A stretch of DNA of 64,000 nucleotides from Candidatus Falkowbacteria bacterium (GTDB lineage: Bacteria > Patescibacteriota > Patescibacteriia > UBA11705 > JABHMO01). The stretch spans positions 3,757-67,756 of the forward strand of contig JABHIS010000005.1 of the NCBI GenBank assembly GCA_018670895.1. Direction: 5' to 3'. Both the position numbers and the translations under genes were made by a program. Positions 31,129 through 41,491 of this stretch are shown here, piece after piece; within the stretch, counting starts at the first letter, position 1; each line of letters begins with the position of its first letter. The notes under the pieces were generated by a model. It was not told the origin of the DNA. It worked only from the letters and a program-made list of their open reading frames with translations, and made no database searches.

Positions 31129-31190
31129 AACACTTTTTATATCCTGAAACAAGTTCAGGATGACAAAAAGTGTTTTTTTGTTGCTGAAAA
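31129..31190. terminator. Bidirectional nested-hairpin terminator
   Basis: acacttttt ... aaaaagtgt outer stem enclosing the palindrome atcctgaa-acaag-ttcaggat, followed by TTTTTTT. A-run on the opposite side. Confidence 0.55.
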
Positions 31191-31196
31191 CTAAAC

Positions 31197-31709
31197 TTAC
31201 TCTGGTTCAGGACCTACTGGATCTGGACTTATAAAATCTTCTGCTTTCTCCTTTAATTCCTGTATGTCCTCGTAAGTATCCTTGGCTTTTTCATAGCCCT
31301 CTTGTACATCCTCAATTGTCTCTTTGGCCTGTTCATACTTCTGCTGAAGATCCTCAAAATTTTCTTTAGTCTCGCCAATCAACTGTTCTCCCTGCTCAAT
31401 CCCCTGTTTAACATCTTCTTTTCCTTGTGGTAAAATCTTTTCAATCTGTTCCTTTTTATTATAGTAATCATCCACTATGTTAGTTTTTATACTCCGCACA
31501 AAATAAAAGATAACAAGAATAGCAAGACACAACACAATAAATATCATCCAGCAACACATCTTGTTCGTTGAATGTTTTCTTTTTTCTTTCTTGCTATCAT
31601 TCGACTCACGTTTCGAATCTTTCAAATGCTTTCTCTTTTCTTCCAAATACTGATGGTTTTCCACTGCAAAATCTATCTCTCGTTTTATTTTTTCATTTGA
31701 ATGTTTCAT
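31197..31709 (-). CDS. Membrane-anchored protein with internal repeats (hypothetical)
   Basis: 170 aa. Basic N-terminus, one TM, then repeats YEQAKETIEDVQEG / YEKAKDTYEDIQEL. Confidence 0.45.
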   Translation of the reverse strand: MKHSNEKIKREIDFAVENHQYLEEKRKHLKDSKRESNDSKKEKRKHSTNKMCCWMIFIVLCLAILVIFYFVRSIKTNIVDDYYNKKEQIEKILPQGKEDVKQGIEQGEQLIGETKENFEDLQQKYEQAKETIEDVQEGYEKAKDTYEDIQELKEKAEDFISPDPVGPEPE

Positions 31710-32281
31710 TTTTCACGAATACTTAAATCATAAAGAATTTGTTGCGCTTTTTGTAATGACCGTTTAGCTTGATCAAACTTAGTTCGCAAGTAACCCCCGT
31801 AATTGTACTGCATAAGTTCATGAATAATACCATCTATAACTTCAGAGGCCTTTTTCACTTTTTCAATCTCACCTCTAGTCGTCCAAAGAATCATCATTCG
31901 AACAATTTCCCCAGTCAAATCTGACAAACCCCCAATATATTCATCTGGCAACACAAAAAATTCTTCAACACCATCAATTTTTCTCCCTTCAATAAAGTCA
32001 CTAAATAATTTAGCTTCTACATATTCTTCTACTGCCGCCTTCCAAGCACCTTCAATTCGGAGCTTACCATCTTTCCCAAAACGCTCTTCTAAACTAATAA
32101 GTCCTTTTTTTGACTCTTTAATTTTTTCTTCGGCTTCAGCCTTATTATCTCTTTGTAAAGCAAAAATTGCCTGTTTCGCTGATTGTAAGGCACCTGAACT
32201 TTCACCGATAATCTTTCGTCTGGAGATGTCATATTCAGTTTGACCTTGCAACACACCTTGCCAGAATTTTTTATTAAGCAT
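31706..32281 (-). CDS. Translin-family-like protein
   Basis: 191 aa, helical. The C-terminus ...YGGYLRTKFDQAKRSLQKAQQILYDLSIREK aligns with the translin C-terminus ...RKRYDGLKYDVKKVEEVVYDLSIRGF (YDLSIR is identical). Confidence 0.5.
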   Translation of the reverse strand: MLNKKFWQGVLQGQTEYDISRRKIIGESSGALQSAKQAIFALQRDNKAEAEEKIKESKKGLISLEERFGKDGKLRIEGAWKAAVEEYVEAKLFSDFIEGRKIDGVEEFFVLPDEYIGGLSDLTGEIVRMMILWTTRGEIEKVKKASEVIDGIIHELMQYNYGGYLRTKFDQAKRSLQKAQQILYDLSIREK

Positions 32282-32372
32282 AATAATTATGAGTAGTAAG
32301 TGATGAGCCCGCCTAATGACAGGCAGGTAGTGAGTGATATATTTAAACCAGTTACTATTTACACTTTACTCT

Positions 32373-33368
32373 TTACTTTAAATATTTATATTTATTAGTT
32401 ACATGTTCATCGTGATTTTTACTGTAAATTATATCGCCTTCAGGAGTATTCAAAAAATACCAATAATTAGTTTTTTCAGGATACACCACCGCCTTAATTG
32501 CTTCAATACTAGGATTACAGATTGGACCTGGTGGCAATCCTGGATATTTGTATGTGTTATACAAACTATCAACCTGAGTATCCACTAAACTCGGAGCAGC
32601 AATCCCCTTGTCAGTTACAAAATTTACAGTAGCATCGGACTGCAAGGCCATACCAATCTCCAATCGCTTATTAAAAATATCAGCAACCACTTGCCGGTTC
32701 TTATAACCAAACATTTCTTTCTCAACTATACTTGCCAAAGTCACAACTTCAAAAACAGTCTTGCCCTGTCTTTTTATTTCTTTTCGTATTTCATCAGTTA
32801 ATTTTGAGTCAAAGTTACTCAACATTTTTTCAGCAATCTTACCCACAGAACTATTTTGATACACTCGATAAGTATCAGGATATAAATATCCTTGTAAGTC
32901 AGCGGACCTTGGCTTATCAATCAAAAAGAAAAAACTTTTGTCATTAAATTTATCACTATATTCAATTAACTCACCGGCTTTAATTAAACCTTCACTTGCC
33001 AGAGACTCGTCCATTTGTTCCACACTCCATCCTTCCAGTAACGTAAATTCAGTTTCTTTTGCGGCACCCATTGTTTCAGTTAAAAAATTCGCAATTTCTT
33101 TCAAGCTAAGGTCTGTACGTAGCTCAAAAGTACCGTCAACAAACTCAGATCTTTTGCCCGAAGAGGCTACATAGACCTTGAACCAAAATGGGCTCTTAAT
33201 AAAACCTTGGGACTGTAAATTGTCTGCAATAGCTTCAACACCCTGCCCTTTTTCAATAATAAACTGCCTTTCTCCAAAAGCATTATCATGTGTAGTATTA
33301 ACCTGCTGATAAAAATAAATTATAAAAATTAAGAATATGACGACAATTACACCAACAACTTTTCTCAT
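32373..33368 (-). CDS. mltG: Endolytic murein transglycosylase MltG (YceG-like)
   Basis: N-terminal TM, then the YceG domain with NTYKYPGLPPGPICNPSIEAIKAV. Confidence 0.8.
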   Translation of the reverse strand: MRKVVGVIVVIFLIFIIYFYQQVNTTHDNAFGERQFIIEKGQGVEAIADNLQSQGFIKSPFWFKVYVASSGKRSEFVDGTFELRTDLSLKEIANFLTETMGAAKETEFTLLEGWSVEQMDESLASEGLIKAGELIEYSDKFNDKSFFFLIDKPRSADLQGYLYPDTYRVYQNSSVGKIAEKMLSNFDSKLTDEIRKEIKRQGKTVFEVVTLASIVEKEMFGYKNRQVVADIFNKRLEIGMALQSDATVNFVTDKGIAAPSLVDTQVDSLYNTYKYPGLPPGPICNPSIEAIKAVVYPEKTNYWYFLNTPEGDIIYSKNHDEHVTNKYKYLK

Positions 33369-33371
33369 ATA

Positions 33372-34454
33372 TTATAAATATTTATTCATGTTATTTTCTT
33401 TAAGTTTTTCCACAACCTTTTTTACCTTTTGAGCTTTTCCTTTGGGACAGATCATCAGCACATCCTCTGTGTCAACTACAACTAAGTCCTCGATTTCAAT
33501 GCCCACAATTAGTTTATCACTCTTGCTATAAATCAAACAGTTTGCACTATCTTGACTGATATAATTACCATTTATCACATTACCATTTTTGTCACTTTTA
33601 GATTTCTGAGATTCATGTAACACATCAAAAGCACCAACATCACTCCAACCAAAATCACCCTTAATAATCAAAACATCTTTAACATCAATCTTTTCAGTTA
33701 TAGCATAGTCAAAAGAAGTTTTTTCCATTTGTGAAAAAGCCAAATTAACTTTACCTAAATCATTTTGCTTAAAAGCTTCTACCATTTGTTCTAAGTATAA
33801 ATAATGTCCTGGACAATATTTCTCAAAAGCCTGTAAAATTTTTCTTGGTGTCCACATGTAATAATTAGCATGCCATAAATAATCTCCAGCTGCTAAATAT
33901 TCTTTTGCCACCTCAAATTCTGGCTTTTCAACATGTCCTTTGAATTCATAAACCTCAATCCCATTATTAGCCTCAACTTTTTTACCAATTCGGGTATAAC
34001 CAAGAACTGTGCTAGGGAAAGTTGGCCAAACAGCAATGTCCAACATTTTTCCAGTATCACGAATCAACTGATCCGCCCGTTTAATCATCCTAATAAATTT
34101 AGTAGTATAACTAATATAATGATCTGAAGGAATAAAAGCAATTGGTTCATCCGGAAATTCAATTGACAACTTTGCGGCCACAAAGCCCATAGCAGCAGCA
34201 GTATCCCTTTTTTCTGGTTCAATAATGTAGTTTTGTTCTGGAATATCTGGAACCAAACTTTTTGCTTGGCTCAACAGCTTATCATTTAAACAAACATAAA
34301 TATCATTGACATCAAAATCATTACGAAACCGGTCAATGGTTGTTTCATACAAAGTTTTGTCGCCTACAAGACGACTGAACTGCTTGGGTTTATTTTGTCG
34401 ACTAAGCGGCCAAAGTCGGGTTCCTCCACCTCCAGCCAAAATGACTATTTTCAT
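33372..34454 (-). CDS. Mannose-1-phosphate guanylyltransferase-like nucleotidyltransferase
   Basis: MKIVILAGGGGTRLWPLSRQNKPKQF... glycosyl-transferase-A/NTP-transferase signature. ManC/CpsB-like. Confidence 0.7.
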   Translation of the reverse strand: MKIVILAGGGGTRLWPLSRQNKPKQFSRLVGDKTLYETTIDRFRNDFDVNDIYVCLNDKLLSQAKSLVPDIPEQNYIIEPEKRDTAAAMGFVAAKLSIEFPDEPIAFIPSDHYISYTTKFIRMIKRADQLIRDTGKMLDIAVWPTFPSTVLGYTRIGKKVEANNGIEVYEFKGHVEKPEFEVAKEYLAAGDYLWHANYYMWTPRKILQAFEKYCPGHYLYLEQMVEAFKQNDLGKVNLAFSQMEKTSFDYAITEKIDVKDVLIIKGDFGWSDVGAFDVLHESQKSKSDKNGNVINGNYISQDSANCLIYSKSDKLIVGIEIEDLVVVDTEDVLMICPKGKAQKVKKVVEKLKENNMNKYL

Positions 34455-34495
34455 ATATATAAAATTTACTGTAAATTTAAGAAAAAATCAAGTTT

Positions 34496-35311
34496 TTATT
34501 TAACTAATAGCCAAATTAACAACAATAATGCTAACCCTAATCTATACCAAGCAAACACATTTAGCTTGTTCTTCTGCAAGAATTTCATCAAAAACTTTAT
34601 TACTATATAACCGACAACAAATGAACTCAAAAAGCCAATAATAAACAAAGCCATTTCAACTGGCGGTAGTTCGCCCCATTCTATATCCAAAAACTTAAAT
34701 AAACCCGCGCCTAAAACCACAGGCACACTCAAAAGGAAGGAAAATCGAGCGGCTTCATAACGCTTCATTTTTGTACTCATTCCTGCTACAATAGTTATAC
34801 CAGAACGAGAAACGCCAGGAATTAGAGCCAAGGCCTGGGCACAACCGATATAAAATGCCTGCCAAAATCCAATTTCCGAAAAATTCTTTTTCTGTCTAGA
34901 AAATCTTTCAGCTGCAAAAAACAGTACTGAAACTAACACTAACGTAATAACAACTGTCCAGGAATTCCGAAAAACATTTTTAATCTGCTCTTCAAAAAGA
35001 AAACCAATTATGGCTGCCGGGATTGTGCCATAAATCAAAAGGCCAACTTCGCTTAAATCCTTTTTATTAACCTGGCGATTCGGAATAAATAGCTCCAAAA
35101 CTGCTACTATATACTTCAGTAATTCAACTCGAAAGTAAATCACCACTGCCAACAATGTCCCCAAATGCAAAGCCACATCAAACGCCAAACTATCTTGAAG
35201 ATTAAATTTTAACAAATCGTGAAGAATCACCAAATGCCCAGAACTGGAAACTGGAATAAACTCAGTTATCCCTTGAACTATTCCTAAAATTAAAGAGTAA
35301 AAATATAACAT
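34496..35311 (-). CDS. uppP: Undecaprenyl-diphosphatase
   Basis: GITEFIPVSSSGHL and the PGVSRSG motif. Polytopic. Confidence 0.85.
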   Translation of the reverse strand: MLYFYSLILGIVQGITEFIPVSSSGHLVILHDLLKFNLQDSLAFDVALHLGTLLAVVIYFRVELLKYIVAVLELFIPNRQVNKKDLSEVGLLIYGTIPAAIIGFLFEEQIKNVFRNSWTVVITLVLVSVLFFAAERFSRQKKNFSEIGFWQAFYIGCAQALALIPGVSRSGITIVAGMSTKMKRYEAARFSFLLSVPVVLGAGLFKFLDIEWGELPPVEMALFIIGFLSSFVVGYIVIKFLMKFLQKNKLNVFAWYRLGLALLLLIWLLVK

Positions 35312-35405
35312 ATTATACTATCAGCAAGACATGTAAGACGAGCAAGACGAGTTTGATCAAAAAACTTGTAACGCTTGTTTCACTTGTCTCGCTTGTCTCG
35401 CTCGT

Positions 35406-35834
35406 ATGAACTATCAACTTATTATTGTGCCGCTAATGGCGGCAATTATTGCTCAACTTATTAAATTAATTATCAACGGAATTCAAGACAAATTTTCCTG
35501 GAAAGACTTGAACAGTTATGGTGGGATGCCCTCATCTCACGCAGCCCTAGTCACAGCATTATTTGCTATCACCGGCCATTTCGAAGGCTGGGATAGTGCT
35601 GCTGCCGCATTAGCTTTAATTCTAGCAGTAATTGTAATTCGCGACGCAGGTGGCTTTAGAATGGTATTAGGTCGACACGCACAAGAACTAAATCTTTTAG
35701 TTCATGGCCTTAAGTCAGCCGAAGGCGCCAAGTTCAACCACTTAAAAGAAAGACTTGGCCACACTCCACTTGAACTATTTTTCGGTGCCTTAACTGGGGT
35801 ATTGATTGTAGTTTTATATATTCTAATTTTTTAG
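35406..35834 (+). CDS. Divergent PAP2-family membrane protein (YuiD/DUF212-like)
   Basis: SYGGMPSSHAALVTALF and the later RDAGGF...GH. These are the hallmark residues of divergent PAP2. Confidence 0.7.
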   Translation: MNYQLIIVPLMAAIIAQLIKLIINGIQDKFSWKDLNSYGGMPSSHAALVTALFAITGHFEGWDSAAAALALILAVIVIRDAGGFRMVLGRHAQELNLLVHGLKSAEGAKFNHLKERLGHTPLELFFGALTGVLIVVLYILIF

Positions 35835-35839
35835 CTTCC

Positions 35840-36709
35840 TTATTTCTGACATTCAGGACAATAGCTGGACGTACGTCCGGCTATTTTTATTCTTCTCAAC
35901 TCAGAGTTCTCACACATCAAACAAGGTTTTCCAACTCTACCGTAAACTTTCAAAAACTTTTGAAATCCTCCAAGTTGTCCTTCACTATTCAGATAATTGC
36001 TAAACGAAGTTCCTTGATATTTTATAGCTTTTTGTAAAATTTTTGTTGTATTAATAAATATTTTTTTTCTTTCAACCTTGCTCAAGGTTTTTATCCGTCT
36101 TTGTGGTTTAACGCCTGCGGCGAAACAAGTTTCATCAACGTAAATATTACCTAAGCCTGAAATGTCCTTTTGTTCAAGAAGCAGTACTTTAATCATTTGG
36201 TTTGGGCGTTTACTCAAGACTTTATTAAAATATTCAAAAGTATAATCTTTATCAATTGGTTCAACCCCATACCGTGCTTTTGCTTGTTCCATTTCAAGTT
36301 TATCAACTAATTTCAAATAACCAAATTTTCTTACATCATTAAAATATAGTCGCGAACCATCAATAAAGTCAAACTGTACTCGCGTAAATTTATTTGGCAA
36401 AACTTCTTGATTTTGAATAGGATGCCCACCTGCCACCAGACTACCCTTACTCGACTGGTAAACTAATTGCCCAGTCATTATCAAATGAACTAGTATAAAA
36501 TCGTCGCTTGTTATTTTAAAAATCAACAACTTTCCCTTTCTTTCGATATCTTTAATTTTCTCATCTTTCAATAATTTAATAAACTTCCCGGCATTTGGGG
36601 AAATTTTATTTTTAAAACTGGATTCAATCCAAACTCTTTTAATTTTTTTATTTAAAACTTTAGAAACTAAACCCAGACGAATTGTTTCAACTTCTGGCAA
36701 TTCTGGCAT
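35840..36709 (-). CDS. mutM: Formamidopyrimidine-DNA glycosylase
   Basis: Start MPELPEVETIR (catalytic Pro2), H2TH domain and the C-terminal zinc finger CLMCEN...YCPECQK. Confidence 0.85.
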   Translation of the reverse strand: MPELPEVETIRLGLVSKVLNKKIKRVWIESSFKNKISPNAGKFIKLLKDEKIKDIERKGKLLIFKITSDDFILVHLIMTGQLVYQSSKGSLVAGGHPIQNQEVLPNKFTRVQFDFIDGSRLYFNDVRKFGYLKLVDKLEMEQAKARYGVEPIDKDYTFEYFNKVLSKRPNQMIKVLLLEQKDISGLGNIYVDETCFAAGVKPQRRIKTLSKVERKKIFINTTKILQKAIKYQGTSFSNYLNSEGQLGGFQKFLKVYGRVGKPCLMCENSELRRIKIAGRTSSYCPECQK

Positions 36710-36815
36710 AGAACACAAATATCGCACAAATATTGCACCAATATTACGCAAATATTATTACAATATTGGTTAAATATCTGTCTAATCTCTGTTTAATATT
36801 TCATAAACTTAAAGC

Positions 36816-38399
36816 CTAAATTAACGACCGCCCTGACATTTCATCAGGAATATCAATATTCATCATTTTTAAAATCGTTGGTGCAACATCAGACAAAAGA
36901 CCAATCGGCTGAACTAAACTTAAATCATTGCCTACCAACTGAACATCCTCGATTGTTTTTCCTTCAAATTGTTTGCCAATCACTAGACACGGCACAGGAT
37001 TAGTACTATGCTCCTTGTCTTTTTCACCTGTTTGTAAGTTCACTAACTCTTCAGCATTACCGTGGTCTGCAACTATCATTGCCTGCCCGCCTTTTGATAA
37101 AATTAAATTCACAACATCGCCCAACAATTTATCAGTATACTCAATTGATTGAACTGTTGGCTTAATTTCACCAGTGTGACTAACCATGTCAGGATTGGCA
37201 TAATTAACCACAATAAAATCATGTTTCTCACTCATAATCTCTTTCATCAAATCATCAGTAACTTTCTTGGCTGACATTTCCGGCTTTTCTGAATATGTTG
37301 CCACCTTTGGAGAAGGAATTACAATTCTGTCTTCGCCTTCGTATGGATCCTCCGTTCCACCACTAAAGAAAAAAGTAACATGGGCATACTTTTCAGTTTC
37401 CGCAATATGCAACTGTTTGTACCCTTTTTGACTTAAAATTTTTGGTAGTGACATCTTGATTTCTTCTTTTGGAAAAATAACTTCTACTGGTAGGCCCTCC
37501 TCATATTCTGTCATTGTAGCAAAAAACAAATTTGCAATTTTTTCACTTCTCTGAAACTTATCAAAATCATCCATAACAAAAGCTTTAGTCAACTGCCTAG
37601 CACGATCAGCTCGATAATTGAAATATATCACCGCATCGTTTTTTTCAACTACAGAAGTTGGCCTTCCATCTTTACCAATTACAACTGGCTCAAACTCTTC
37701 ATCATAAACTTTATGCTTATAAGAACCCTGAACTGCTTTTACTGGATTTTTGTAATACTCTTCACTTTTTCCTTCGACCATTGCTCGATATGTTTTTTCT
37801 ATCCTTTCCCAACGATTATCACGATCCATAGCAAACATACGTCCATGCAGAGAAGCCACTACGCCAACACCAATTTCCTTGAATTTTTCCTCAAGTTCTT
37901 GAATGAATCCTTCACCACTATTATATGGTGAATCACGGCCATCTAAAAATGCATGTACATACACTTCTTTAACTTTATTTTTCTTGGCTAATTCCAAAAG
38001 ACCATAACAATGACTGTTCATACCATGAACCTTACCTTCACTCATCAACCCCACAAGATGCAATTTTGAATTATGTTTTTGTACATGAGCAATTGCCTTC
38101 TTGAGAGTTTCATTTTCAAAGATTGTCTCATCCTCAATTGCCTTGCTAATCCTAGGTAAGTTTTGATAAAAAATCTTCCCTACACCTAAATTCAAATGAC
38201 CAACTTCCGAATTCCCCATTTCACCCCAGGATAACCCCACAGCCTCACCTGAAGCTAACAAAGTCATAGCAGGATAATTTGCTACTAATTTATCAAAATT
38301 AGGTGTTTTGGCCAAAGTCACACCATTACCTTCTGACGCTGGAGCAATTCCCCAACCATCAAGAATTATAAGTACAACTGGTTTAGGTATTTTTTGCAT
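36816..38399 (-). CDS. gpmI: 2,3-bisphosphoglycerate-independent phosphoglycerate mutase (copy 1)
   Basis: 527 aa. VVLIILDGWGIAP, metal-binding SEVGHLNLG, catalytic Ser region. Alkaline-phosphatase superfamily. Confidence 0.85.
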   Translation of the reverse strand: MQKIPKPVVLIILDGWGIAPASEGNGVTLAKTPNFDKLVANYPAMTLLASGEAVGLSWGEMGNSEVGHLNLGVGKIFYQNLPRISKAIEDETIFENETLKKAIAHVQKHNSKLHLVGLMSEGKVHGMNSHCYGLLELAKKNKVKEVYVHAFLDGRDSPYNSGEGFIQELEEKFKEIGVGVVASLHGRMFAMDRDNRWERIEKTYRAMVEGKSEEYYKNPVKAVQGSYKHKVYDEEFEPVVIGKDGRPTSVVEKNDAVIYFNYRADRARQLTKAFVMDDFDKFQRSEKIANLFFATMTEYEEGLPVEVIFPKEEIKMSLPKILSQKGYKQLHIAETEKYAHVTFFFSGGTEDPYEGEDRIVIPSPKVATYSEKPEMSAKKVTDDLMKEIMSEKHDFIVVNYANPDMVSHTGEIKPTVQSIEYTDKLLGDVVNLILSKGGQAMIVADHGNAEELVNLQTGEKDKEHSTNPVPCLVIGKQFEGKTIEDVQLVGNDLSLVQPIGLLSDVAPTILKMMNIDIPDEMSGRSLI

Positions 38400-38406
38400 A
38401 TTTTGT

Positions 38407-39951
38407 TTATTTTATTAGAGATTTTTTTATTTTTTTTGAAATATTTTCTTGATTATATAAATCATATACTGTTGGCGCAATATCACCTAGAATACCTTTT
38501 CTTAATTTAACCCCCTTGTGTTCATCAGAAACTAGAACAAACGGGACTGGATTAGTAGTATGCCCAGTCCAAATCTCATTTGTTTTTAAATCAATCATTT
38601 TTTCAGCATTACCATGGTCAGCAGTTATAATTATAACACCTTTATTTTTTAATACTAGCTTAGTCAATTCACCAATACATTTATCTACATGGTTGACTGC
38701 CTCCACGACTGCCTTCAAATTACCCGTATGACCTATCATGTCTGGATTAGCAAAATTAATTGCAAAGAAATCGAATTTTTTTCTTTCAATAAATTGTTTT
38801 ACTTTGTTAGTTATTTTGTAAACACTCATTTCAGGTTTAAGTGCATAACTTTTCACTCGAGGTGAATTAATTTTAAGCCTTGCTTCACCGTTTACCGGAT
38901 CAGCTGAACCTCCATTCATAAAGTAAGTAACATGGGCATATTTTTCTGTTTCTGCAATATAAAGCTGTTTTTTGTCATCCAAAATTATTGGCAAAGTTGC
39001 ATTTAATTCAGCAGCAGGATAGGCAGTTAAAATATGATCTAAATCTGGGCCAAAATCAGTTAAAGCACAAAACTCCAACCCTTTGTATACTTTAGATCGA
39101 CGAAAAGCACCTTTATTCATTCTATTAAAATCATGTTGAACAAAACATTTGCTCAACTGCCTGGAGCGATCAGAACGCGCATTGAAAAATATCACTCCAT
39201 CTTTTTCTTTTATTCTAGTCTTTTCTGTCTGCTTTTTGTCTTTACCAATAACACACGGCTCGATAAACTCATCCGTTTGCTTTTGATTATAAGCATGTAC
39301 GATCGCATCACGATAATCATTAAAAAATGCTCCTTTTCCAATAGTCATGCAGTCGTAAGCTTTTTGAGTTCGTTTCCAGTTTTTACCTCGATCCATAGCA
39401 TAAAACCTACCAATCAAACTAACAATTACAGCTTTACCGTAAACATTTTTCAATACTTCATCAACAATTTTCAAAGCATGAAACTGCGGCGCATCACGCC
39501 CATCCGTAAACAAGTGTAAATATATTTTCCGAAGCCCTTTACTGTAAGCTAAATCAACCAAAGAATACAAATGATCCAAAGATGAATGTGGACTTTCTCC
39601 ATCTGAAACCATTCCCATCAAGTGCAAGGCTGATTTATTTTTTTTGACTACTTCAATTGTTTGATTTAAAGCTGAATTTTTCTTAAATCGTCCATTCAAA
39701 ATGTCTTCGGAAATCTCAACTGCGTCGTCTTTGACAACTCTTCCTGCGCCTATATTAATATGCCCAGCCTCAGAATTCCCAACATAATGTTTTGGTAAAC
39801 CAACATTAAGACCATGAGCTTTTAATTCTGTATGCGGATACTTTTTCCAAAGCAAATCAAAGTTTGGCTTTTTCGCCAACTCAATTGCATTGCCTTTGCT
39901 TTTTGGTGCAATTCCCCATCCATCTAGAATTAATAATACTACAGGTCCCAT
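38407..39951 (-). CDS. iPGM-family paralog (copy 2, divergent)
   Basis: 514 aa. VVLLILDGWGIAP ... NSEAGHINIG. About 35-40% identity to copy 1. Confidence 0.75.
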   Translation of the reverse strand: MGPVVLLILDGWGIAPKSKGNAIELAKKPNFDLLWKKYPHTELKAHGLNVGLPKHYVGNSEAGHINIGAGRVVKDDAVEISEDILNGRFKKNSALNQTIEVVKKNKSALHLMGMVSDGESPHSSLDHLYSLVDLAYSKGLRKIYLHLFTDGRDAPQFHALKIVDEVLKNVYGKAVIVSLIGRFYAMDRGKNWKRTQKAYDCMTIGKGAFFNDYRDAIVHAYNQKQTDEFIEPCVIGKDKKQTEKTRIKEKDGVIFFNARSDRSRQLSKCFVQHDFNRMNKGAFRRSKVYKGLEFCALTDFGPDLDHILTAYPAAELNATLPIILDDKKQLYIAETEKYAHVTYFMNGGSADPVNGEARLKINSPRVKSYALKPEMSVYKITNKVKQFIERKKFDFFAINFANPDMIGHTGNLKAVVEAVNHVDKCIGELTKLVLKNKGVIIITADHGNAEKMIDLKTNEIWTGHTTNPVPFVLVSDEHKGVKLRKGILGDIAPTVYDLYNQENISKKIKKSLIK

Positions 39952-39960
39952 AGAATAATC

Positions 39961-40206
39961 TTACATTTGTGAATCAAAACCACTGATGGTATTAATAAAA
40001 TCTTCTTCAATTTGTTCAGCAGCTTCCGGATTCGTCTTTTTTAGTTCATCAATCGCCCTGTGTCTGGCACTTTCTGATGCTCTCAAAGCTTCTTTTAACA
40101 TCGTCATTTTTTCCATCACCAAGGCTTTAGCTTTTTCAACTAAAACATCTAAAGTAACTCCCTCTTTTCCTTCAACTGTTCTTGGTATTTCCATCTCTGT
40201 ATTCAT
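39961..40206 (-). CDS. hypothetical small helical protein
   Basis: 81-aa ORF between eno and gpmI. No motif recognised. Confidence 0.35.
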   Translation of the reverse strand: MNTEMEIPRTVEGKEGVTLDVLVEKAKALVMEKMTMLKEALRASESARHRAIDELKKTNPEAAEQIEEDFINTISGFDSQM

Positions 40207-40227
40207 ATTTTTTTTGGAACTTATTAA

Positions 40228-41487
40228 TTATTTTAAGTCTAATTCAATCGACATTAAACGATTATACTTAGCCACTCGCTCACTGCGAGACAAAGATCCG
40301 GTTTTGATAAAATCTGCATTAACCGCAACTGCCAAATCAGCAATAAAGGTATCACAAGTTTCACCTGATCGATGTGAAATGCTAACTTTATACTTATGTT
40401 TTTTTGCTAAGTAAATTGCATTAATGGTCTCTGTTAAACTACCAATCTGATTTAGCTTGATTAAAATCCCATTACCAACTCCCATATCTATCCCCTTTTG
40501 CAGACGTTCAACATTTGTAACAAACAAATCATCGCCAATTAAAGTTACTTGAGAACCAATAAAACCAGTTGCTTTCATCCAGTTAATCCAATCATCCTCA
40601 TCTAATGGATCTTCAAGTGAGATTATTGGATATTTTTTCAACCATTTATCAAGAGTTTTTATAACTTCATCTGCTGAAACTTTTTTCTTTCCGGATTTAT
40701 CATTCAATGAATAATTTCCGGATTTTTTATCATAATATTCAGACAAGGCCAAATCAGATGCTAGAAACGCATCCTTTCCAGGTTTATATCCTGCTTTTTT
40801 AATTGCTTTTATAATAAATTCAAAAGCCTCTTCATTTGATTTTAAATTAGGCGCGAACCCACCTTCATCACCAACCAACGTTTGGTAACCTGCGTCTTTT
40901 AATAACTTTTTAAGAGAATGGAAAACTTCTGCACCAATTCGAACTCGCTTTGCAAAAGAAGGCGCCTTTGGCACAACCATAAACTCCTGAACTGTGACTG
41001 AATTATCAGCATGTTTTCCGCCGTTGATAATATTCATGGTTGGCAATGGCATCTTCCATCCCTTTTCTTTCAGCTTGTAAGTTTCTCGAATATAACGATA
41101 AAGTGGTTTTTTCTTTGCTCTAGCGCCTGCTCGAGCGCACGCTAAAGAGACAGCTAAAATTGCATTAGCACCAAGTTTTGCTTTGTTCGGTGTACCATCA
41201 AGATCAAGCATCAACTGATCAATCTTTTTCTGTAGAGTAACATTGATACCTTTTAACTTAGGTGCGATTTTTCTATTTACATTGTTAACAGCTTTTAATA
41301 CGCCCTTCCCGTTGTATCTTTTTTTGTCACCATCTCTTAATTCTAATGCTTCATGAATTCCAGTAGAAGCTCCGGATGGGACAAAGGCCCTAGCTTTTAT
41401 CCCGTTAGTTAATTCTACCTGTGCTAACACAGTTGGATTACCACGAGAGTCCAAAATTTCACGAGCAAAAACTTTTTTGATTTTCAT
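40228..41487 (-). CDS. eno: Enolase
   Basis: 419 aa. Enolase N/C domains, [10 protein letters not shown](F)IADLAV signature. Confidence 0.95.
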   Translation of the reverse strand: MKIKKVFAREILDSRGNPTVLAQVELTNGIKARAFVPSGASTGIHEALELRDGDKKRYNGKGVLKAVNNVNRKIAPKLKGINVTLQKKIDQLMLDLDGTPNKAKLGANAILAVSLACARAGARAKKKPLYRYIRETYKLKEKGWKMPLPTMNIINGGKHADNSVTVQEFMVVPKAPSFAKRVRIGAEVFHSLKKLLKDAGYQTLVGDEGGFAPNLKSNEEAFEFIIKAIKKAGYKPGKDAFLASDLALSEYYDKKSGNYSLNDKSGKKKVSADEVIKTLDKWLKKYPIISLEDPLDEDDWINWMKATGFIGSQVTLIGDDLFVTNVERLQKGIDMGVGNGILIKLNQIGSLTETINAIYLAKKHKYKVSISHRSGETCDTFIADLAVAVNADFIKTGSLSRSERVAKYNRLMSIELDLK

Positions 41488-41491
41488 AATA

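Noticed and set aside
29690-31709. Restriction endonuclease partner for the DNA methyltransferase
   Set aside because: Neighbouring ORFs (Cys-rich 87-aa protein; coiled-coil membrane protein) show no PD-(D/E)xK, HNH or GIY-YIG features. The MTase is called orphan.
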